DNA of 64,000 nucleotides from Setoptus koraiensis (Eukaryota; Animalia; Arthropoda): NCBI GenBank assembly GCA_048013815.1, contig CM106585.1, positions 19,406,001 to 19,470,000 of the forward strand, read 5' to 3'. Shown piece by piece: positions 56,227 to 64,000 of this stretch (position 1 is its first letter; each line of letters starts with the position of its first letter). The notes under the pieces were generated by a model. It saw only the letters and a program-made list of their open reading frames with translations, ran no database searches and was not told where the DNA came from. The position numbers and the translations under genes were made by a program.

Positions 56227-57910
56227 ATTTATTGTTTGTGTCGTTGGTCCGCTGCGGTGGGCGCTCTATGGCCGGGCAATTAAATAGCCGAAAAGGTCAA
56301 CGGATGATAGTGCGCGAATATCCGCGAATACGTAATGGGTGTGCACTGCGCGATACAACGTTAACGTTCGCCCGCACATACACGGGAGATGGGAGACGGT
56401 AGATGGGAGACAGAAGCAATAGATGGAATTAATATTCGCACGCTGTCACCATTGAATTGATTAGAGGGGCCGTTAAAAGGTCACTCGCTCGCCAGACGCC
56501 CGATATCTCGCGCGGGCCGGCAATTATGACTGCCTATGTAATTATAACTGGGCCTGTTGCCGCATGCACGAGCGGACGGGCCGGGCCGGACGGGACGGCG
56601 CGCAAAAAAAAGCGCCGCCGCGTCATCAATTGTCGCGTTACGGGTATCGCGTCATCAAGGCATCGCCATTAGCCTCATTGTATTATGTCGGGCATACTGT
56701 TTTGTCATGGGTAGCGGGATATCATGCCATGGGGGCCAGCATTGGATTCCTCGATCATCGGTTCGTCGGGGCCCCGATCATCAGTTCAACTGATTTAGTT
56801 GTCAGTGAATCGGCTCGCGATTAGTCGTGAATTGTCACCAATGTGCCGGCGACCGGCCCAGATCTGGGCCCCTCATACCGGGCGCAGGCCACTGGCCGGC
56901 CTGCCGGCCGGCCCGCGTTCCGCAGCGCCGATATTCGTGGCGTAACTGTGGACACAGTTATCCGATACGGTTACACCGACACGGTCAAGCCGGCAGAGTC
57001 ATGCCAGCAGAGTGTGGCAAGACGGCCCCATAAACCTGTTTCACGGTCATTGCCATGGGCGTCTGGCGCCAGTCGCGGGCCGATATGCGGCGCGGTCGGT
57101 ATGCGGTCCGGTCCGTATGCGGATAGGTGACCCTCGATGAACTTGTCGGCTGTGACCGGCTCTCTGTGGCGCAAACTGCAGCCCGGCCCCGCGCGATGCC
57201 CACACACATCAGCACTTACAAGCCAAGGTAAGCGATATGTGTGGGGTCCCTGATGGCGTCGCCGTTGCGTAATTTATTCGCCTTCGCCCGGGGTGTCCCA
57301 AAGCAAACAAACCGATGCGACACTAACGAGCGTTCGCGCTGAATTTCGACACACTCGGCCCCAGTGAGACCGTGCCCGTGTCTAGACCGGCGGTTCTAGC
57401 GGGGGGGCCGCGGTCCGCGTTTTCTCGGTCTCATTCTGGCGTTTCGCTGCCTACCAATTGCGCCCGATGGGTGCGTGCGTGTGCGTGTAAGTGTGTCACA
57501 GTCCCCTTGCACCTATACAAACCTACACAAGCCTACACAAGCCTACACAAACTGTGCCATAAATACGGGATATGGGTTATTGCGCCGCTCACAACTGGCT
57601 GTTGGGCTATTTTTTGCCGCGCCCACCAGGGACCATCCATGCATTGGTGTGTGGGTAACTGGAATTATTTGAGCGCATCACTTGAGAATTTCGCGGGTAT
57701 CACTTGAGAGCTATAACTCATTCGTTTCGCCGAGATTCTTCGCTCTGTTTGTGAATGGGCTATTTTTTCGCCTGGCTCCGCTTTCTCGGGGCCCCCGAGC
57801 ACACACACACACGCACGGAGCGACACACAACACGAGGCAATCGATTAAGTTATTACGCAACGCCCTCATGCACTTACACGCCATCTAGGTGAATGATGAT
57901 TCTCCCGAGT

Positions 57911-57973
57911 ACCGACGAGCACCGACGAGCACCGACGAGCACCGACGAGCACCGACGAGCACCGACAAGCACC
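57911..57973. repeat. 10-bp tandem repeat ACCGACGAGC x6
   Basis: 5 perfect units and 1 variant. Confidence 0.95.
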
Positions 57974-58459
57974 TGTCTGCTGGCCGCTGGTACCCGTCAC
58001 CGTTGATAAATAAAGACCCCTCATTGTTGTGTCTACAAATGTGTGTGCGATATTGTTTCACCGTCATGGGCGCCAAACATCGGGCGACGGCACAAAAGTG
58101 ACAAGGCACTCACTGTGTATAATCAATACGTGACAACCGCCCGGTGCACCTAATCGGCCGGCCTATAGCCGCTGCTACGAGCCGACACGCGACACAATAT
58201 GGCCCCGCAGTGTCTTACGCAATCGAGACGTCACACCGCGCCGATTGCTCGTCTCAAGCAGCCTGATAAATTTGACGGGAAAAAAATGAAATTCCCAGAA
58301 ATTTTCACTTCGCCCCCTTCGTCACGTATTGCTCGTCTCTGAGCAGCCGATGCGCTCATTGGCTGGCCCCAAGTTACAATGCACCCGCCCCCGAAACCAA
58401 TAATGGCAATCGCTTTCGCTGCTTGAGCGATTCACGCGAACTCCGACAAAACTGCCACC

Positions 58460-58590
58460 GAAACTTTTCACTTGGCCAGTGTTCGCTTGGCCAGAATTCG
58501 CTTGGCCAGAATTCGCTTGGTGAGTTTTCGATTGGCGAGTTTTCGATTGGCAAACAGTTGCTGGGCAAGTTTTCGATTGAACAAACCGAG
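58460..58590. repeat. Degenerate 15-bp tandem arrays (TTGGCCAGAATTCGC and GAGTTTTCGATTGGC)
   Basis: Direct reading. Confidence 0.8.
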
Positions 58591-61500
58591 CGAGAGAAGC
58601 TCGTTTTTTCAAACAATGATCGCTCGCTGGAAATGCTCCACGAATCCGTGCGCGCCTTGCGCCCTGTCCGCCATTGAGTGCGCGCACGTTTTTGCAAGAT
58701 CGATCGCGAAATCCTCTTGATTTCTCTATTTTTGCGCTGCCCACCATCGATGGTAGCGAGATGAATCATGCAATAGTTGCGAGAACGTTACAGATACAGC
58801 CTATGAAAAAATATTTGGTCCATTTCGACGCTTTTACGATTTTTCGAACCAGAGTGGCCAATTTTCTCTGAGAGCGTTTTTTTCTTGGTGTCCGCTCCGA
58901 GAGATTTACCTTTCTTTTTGAGACAACCACGCAACTTGGGCATGTCAACAACAGTGACATTCAGTTGTTTTGGTCGTTAGCACGTCTTGCAAGAGTGCTC
59001 GAGATCATTAGTGAAATATGATTATGCCAATTATTGTCTTGTTGTGGCGCATTGTTTGTGCGTTTCTGTTTTATTTGTCTCATTTTTTGTCTTGGCTCGT
59101 TGGCTGTTTTTGTGATAGAGAGAGTAGAAAGAAGAAACCGATGGTGATCATCATCAATCACCGGCACAACAACAAATGCACAAACAATTATGGCGATATC
59201 AAAGCATAATTCGAGTATTGAGTAAGTCGTTGATGTTGTCGTCGTCGTTTCGTCACTTCCTATTAGCTTTCAGACATAAACACAGCAGTGGTGGCATGAT
59301 TTACGAATCGTGAGACGCGAAGAACTCACGAGCTTAGCTGACAGGCCCAAGTAATGATGAACGGCAACAAATCGCGTTAATCCCATGGTGGCAGCACAAA
59401 AAAAAAACAGAAACGAAGAAATCCGGGATAGCCGGGCATCTAAGTGAGAGTTTTTTTCCCAAGAAATGGTATTGGTATGAATAGAGCGAGCTCGGCCATC
59501 TCAAAGCCGAATTCCATCCAGGTAAGCTGTTCTGTGTCTGGCGTATTGATTGCGTAATAATATAAACAAGAGCATCAACTGATTATGTTGTTGATTGCCC
59601 GTGTCACAGTCAGCTGCTGATCGCGAGGAATGTCTCACAAGAGGTAATTTGTTTTCGGACACACAAACACACTAACATATTCGTATTAATACGGGCACCT
59701 GAACGAGCACATGTCAAATGGTGGCGTTGCCGAGCACGAACACGCCGATGACAGGTGAACAAAAACGAGGCCTGACCATTGTGAATATGAGGTGACCTTG
59801 GCCGAACAAGTTGACAGTGAAAAACAAATCAGCCCATAATAACATTGAAATATTGTCACGTTCGAGCGTTTGTCCCCATCTCGTTGCGTCATCAAAATAA
59901 CTGGGCTAGTCAATTACTATTCTGCACAACTAATAAGCCACGTACAGTAGTGGCAGTGGTGGCCTATTGATGGTCATTAGATCACCCGATTTGTATTGCA
60001 CAGCCGATCTATGGAGCACTTGACAGAGAATTGAATTGCATCACCATTGGGTCTATTCATGGGACAGACTCAATGATGATGATGATGAATATGGAGTGAC
60101 ACGCAATTGACTGGCAGACAGACCGACAAAACAACAATTGGTCGGATGGTCGGTGAACTTGATGGGTCGCAACTTGAAGGTCAGCGTCTAATGAGCAAGT
60201 GCACAAATAAAGATTCAAGTTGACAACTTCAATGTCTTATCATTATTTATTTTCTGCAGCCACCTCTACGTGCGCCCGTTTCAGGTAACCGGTGACTGGT
60301 TGGCAAGCTTATTATCGGGCTGCCATATGGCTGGTAGCGTTCAATTGGTTCATTAAATTTAATGAACATTGCCATCATTTTGATCGTGGTCGTTGTCGGT
60401 GTTTAACAGCCGCCACTGGTTGCCAATGATTCACTCGAGCGACTGTGTAACTATATGATTAATGAGGTCACTCATTTATTGTGCCACGGCCTGTATGTGG
60501 GTGCGCTTTTTTTTCGTGCCCGGCCGCCTTATTTATCCGCTCTCATCGACTGATCATTATCTCTTACCGACGACACACCGTGCCGCTTCGGTGCGACACA
60601 AACTTTGTCGTCTGACGGCTCGTCAAGCGACAAACTTTTTTTACACAAACCTTTTTCGAACAAACTTTTTTTGGGCGAACAGTGAGCGTCTGTGTCAGCT
60701 GCTTCTGTTGCTAATAATTGTTGACATTGAATTTCTGAAGAATTCAAACCAACCAACCAACAATCCGAAGAGTTGGCCTGTAATTCGCCGTTGCCGCTGC
60801 TGCTGCTGATTATCGCTGATCCACAGCCAACGGCGACCACAAGTTAAAGCGAAAATTGAAACCGTGCGGTTACAACGCGGGCTTAGCGTCAGATAAAGTG
60901 TTTCGTGCAATATTGTGTCACCCGTTTGAATAGACGAGACTTTTTCGGGCTTTGCCACGCTTCATTTCAACCCCAAAGTCTGTCAGTGTGTCCAAGACAT
61001 AATCCTGCCACAACTACAAGCGACACAGGGCGGCGACGCGTCGCCCGAAAAAAGCACCTTATCGCCTTGCACTGTTTCGCTGGCCGCTCAGAGAAAATAT
61101 TTATTTTGGATCGACTTACTGTGCGAAACTCGCCACGAAGTTGCTGGAAAAACACACTGACCCATCATTGTGGGGGCTGCGACCTTTTTTTTAAACGAAA
61201 TTCGTGCTCGAAATTTACGCCAGTATTTGGTGTTGTTTCAAATATCCGATGCACGGAAACAAACAGCTGCCGAGTGGAAGAGCCCCGAATTTTTCGAGTC
61301 GAAGGAGCTCCGCAATCGGTTCGGACGATCTCGTTTGTTTGTTCATTAGCGCATCGTTTTCTCGAAAGTTGTTCGCCCGAAACAACGCTCGCTCGACTGA
61401 CCGAGGCTCGAACTGCGCTCGAACTGCGCTCGAATTTGTCCGAATTTGCTCGAAATGATCGACACGATTCGGCAAGCGACTAGCGGGCTGACAGCTGAGA

Positions 61501-63430
61501 CGAATCAACAACCCGAAAATCAACCAATCAGCTCGCCAAACTTACCAATCAACGACGATGACGGAATGAAAGTTATGATATGATAGAAAAATTTCCAACG
61601 AAACACTCTGTATGTGTGTCAAGCCAGCAACGTTTCTGGCAAGTGTCAGTGAGCGATGTTTCGAGAGCACACAACTTTCGAGAAAGCGGCCCCACTTTCA
61701 GGCCCCACTTTCAGGCCCCATGCCGAGAAGGCCAGCTAACCCGGATTGCCATTTTACGCAACTAACTGTCTCCAATAGACGGAGAGAAATTAGTCGACGA
61801 TGCGGGACATTTTTTCGGGCGCATTGTTTGCCAGCGAAAACAATGCACGCTCGAGCGGCCCCCGCACAATAGTGACGCGATTTGCCAGTGTTGAAACAAA
61901 CTCAACGAGGGGGCGCAAATTCATCGGTGCGAGCATTTTAATTACCGACTGGCCAAACAAACTGACGGCCGGGCCGGCGGACACCACATCGGCGCCAGCC
62001 AAGTCAGCTCCATTGTGCTGGATGCTGGCCGGTTGTTTGCGGCTGGGGGCCGCTCGAGCTTTATGGGGCCAACGGGTGAGCGGCAGCATCGTTGATTCAT
62101 TAAATAGGTAAGTTGGTAAGGGGTAGCGGGCGAGCAGATTAGCATTATGCACTTGTCTACAGTACTACACATAATTAAATGTCACTTTCACTAGTTTCAA
62201 TGACCTCGTGAGCCGTGAGAGTTTCTCGCTCTCTTCCTCGTGCGCGATTCCATTCTCTTGTCTGGTGTCATGTTCAGCGGTTGCTGGGGGCCGGGGACTG
62301 GGGGCCAGCGGGGGCCGGCGGGGACCGGCGGGGACCGGGGCGCGCCGGAGAGAAGCCGAAAAGAGTTCATCGAGAACACACAGCGAACAGCGAAAAAGAT
62401 TCTTTTACAGGTAATGAGATGAGCGTTGGCTGAGCTGGTTATGTGCGCGTATTAGTTATTACGTAACGTTTAGATGCTCTTGTCGTCTGTAGTGCTCTGG
62501 GTCGTTGTTTCATCACTACTTTTGAGAGCCCAACCGGGTTTGTGTGTGTGTGTGTGTGTGTGCATGTGTGTTTGTGTGCATTAATGGAGGCCCAAGTCAA
62601 CTAACTAGCTGTCAATTGTAGTAGCCAGGCAGTGGCACAATCAACTTGTTATATGATTATATGCGCCCAATTCCGTTACACGCGCCCGGCAAGCGATAAC
62701 ACGCTTGTATAGTACAGGTTATACAGGTAATCTAGGCAAGTTCAACGACCTTAAAAATTGTAACAGTGCCAGAGTGGTGTTGTCCTCTGTCAACCGCTGT
62801 GCCCAGGTTATGTGTTTAGGTGCGACCAGTTGGAGCGCGGGGGCGGCCCAGGCACAGGCAAGATTTTCCGGCTAGCTTTTGCAGCGGCGCCGGCTTACAG
62901 CAGAAACAACAACATCAACAACAACGACATATCAGCAGATATTTTGTAAACATTTTATGCAAGTGAACACGTGAAAATTTGCATACGTGTACAAGTGCGC
63001 TGCCACTGAATAACGTGCCAGCGACTAACTGTCAACTCGCGAACAGTTGAGTCGCGTTATCTTTTCACTAAAAGGTCACTTCCTCTATCTTGTCAACCTA
63101 CTCCAGTGTCTTGGCCTTACGTTGCTCATTCAGCACGGCTTAGGGGCGACGCATGAACTTTAAAATAACTTCATGCATATTTATGCACTATACACAATCA
63201 ACACAAACATATGGAAACACGTCCAGTAGCGACCTCAATTTACCTGTTCGCCGATCGCACAATATGTCCGGTTCGCGGGCCGCCGTATTATGCCGTCGTG
63301 TCGCATTTCGAGTAACTGCACGCGTTGCGCGCTCGCAATGCGCCCCATTAGAATGCGGCCGGCAATTAGCAGATGGAATCGGGATAGCGCAATCCGCCGA
63401 CTATTGGCCGATATCATTAGCGCACTATTA

Positions 63431-63480
63431 TCATCGCCGGTTATCGCCGGTTATCGCCGGTTATCGCTGGCTATCGCCGG
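63431..63480. repeat. 10-bp tandem repeat TTATCGCCGG x5 (imperfect)
   Basis: Direct reading. Confidence 0.9.
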
Positions 63481-64000
63481 ATATCATTACGCGATGATCG
63501 CGAAGTGACCTGGCACCTGTGTTTGCCAAGCTAATTCCGCGTGAAGTTCAACGGTTATGGCATCGGAATGAGCGCGAAGCGGGACACATATTTCAAGCGA
63601 AACGGATTGTCCAACGGTATTGGCTGACAAAACCGCGGGTATTGTCGAGTCGAGATTGCTGATCGGGGCGGGACACACGCCCTTTGCAGCGCGACCCTAA
63701 AGCGCTGGATCGATTGTGACCCGAAAAAGATACGCGGCATGTCAAGAGGATTTGCAGCATACGAACATGTCGCGCTGTCAGATAAACGCGTATCACGAAA
63801 CGGATAGTCGATCGAGTCGACGAACGGATTGCGAACGGATAAAAGGTTGCATCGGGCGAACTGTTGTGACTTTTACAAATCTGTGAACGAGCAGGCAAGT
63901 TGCGACGAACGAGCCAACGGATTATTTGTTTGAAGCCGATCAATTGACTTCTTTAGTGGACAGTGTGAGTGCTCTCGAATATCAGAATCATCGTTGCGAT

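Noticed and set aside
57911-57973. Short direct repeats as a CRISPR-like array
   Set aside because: Contiguous units with no spacers, a eukaryotic context and no cas genes.
56400-64000. Numerous 60-190-aa ORFs in the GC-richer distal region (and in 22-30 kb)
   Set aside because: Overlapping frames on both strands, no recognisable domains and frequent simple repeats; best treated as non-coding or regulatory DNA, though small exons could be missed.

Overview
Eukaryotic arthropod DNA, not prokaryotic. It carries an innexin, neuroglian fragments and a Beat-type Ig protein, and has short GT-AG introns. Several normally multi-exon genes are intronless and tightly packed, which is consistent with a compact acariform (e.g. 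eriophyoid) mite genome; this is inference and the species cannot be determined from the sequence. Layout: innexin 3' part (1-2.2 kb); three long low-complexity minus-strand ORFs (3.5-11.6 kb) that can be joined in frame into one ~2,295-aa secreted silk/cement-like polyprotein with 52 x SAAGAASGG(S/H)GG; a single-Ig Beat-like gene (16.7-19.7 kb); a microsatellite-rich gene desert (22-30 kb); a two-exon secreted Kunitz gene missed by the ORF track (30.6-31.0 kb); a dense housekeeping block (SAM synthetase, divergent ERH, METTL15, truncated U1-70K, COG4, POLR1D, INTS2; 33.7-44.6 kb); a rearranged block around a 501-N gap with neuroglian fragments and two paralogous secreted proteins whose signal peptides and flanks are near-identical but whose mature regions are highly divergent (44.6-50.3 kb); a ~1,216-aa Rhes/RASD-like GTPase whose G-domain is split by a ~350-aa insert (50.3-56.2 kb); and a non-coding tail. 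No rRNA, tRNA, CRISPR array or intact transposase was recognised. All splice models and alignments were done by eye and need RNA evidence.
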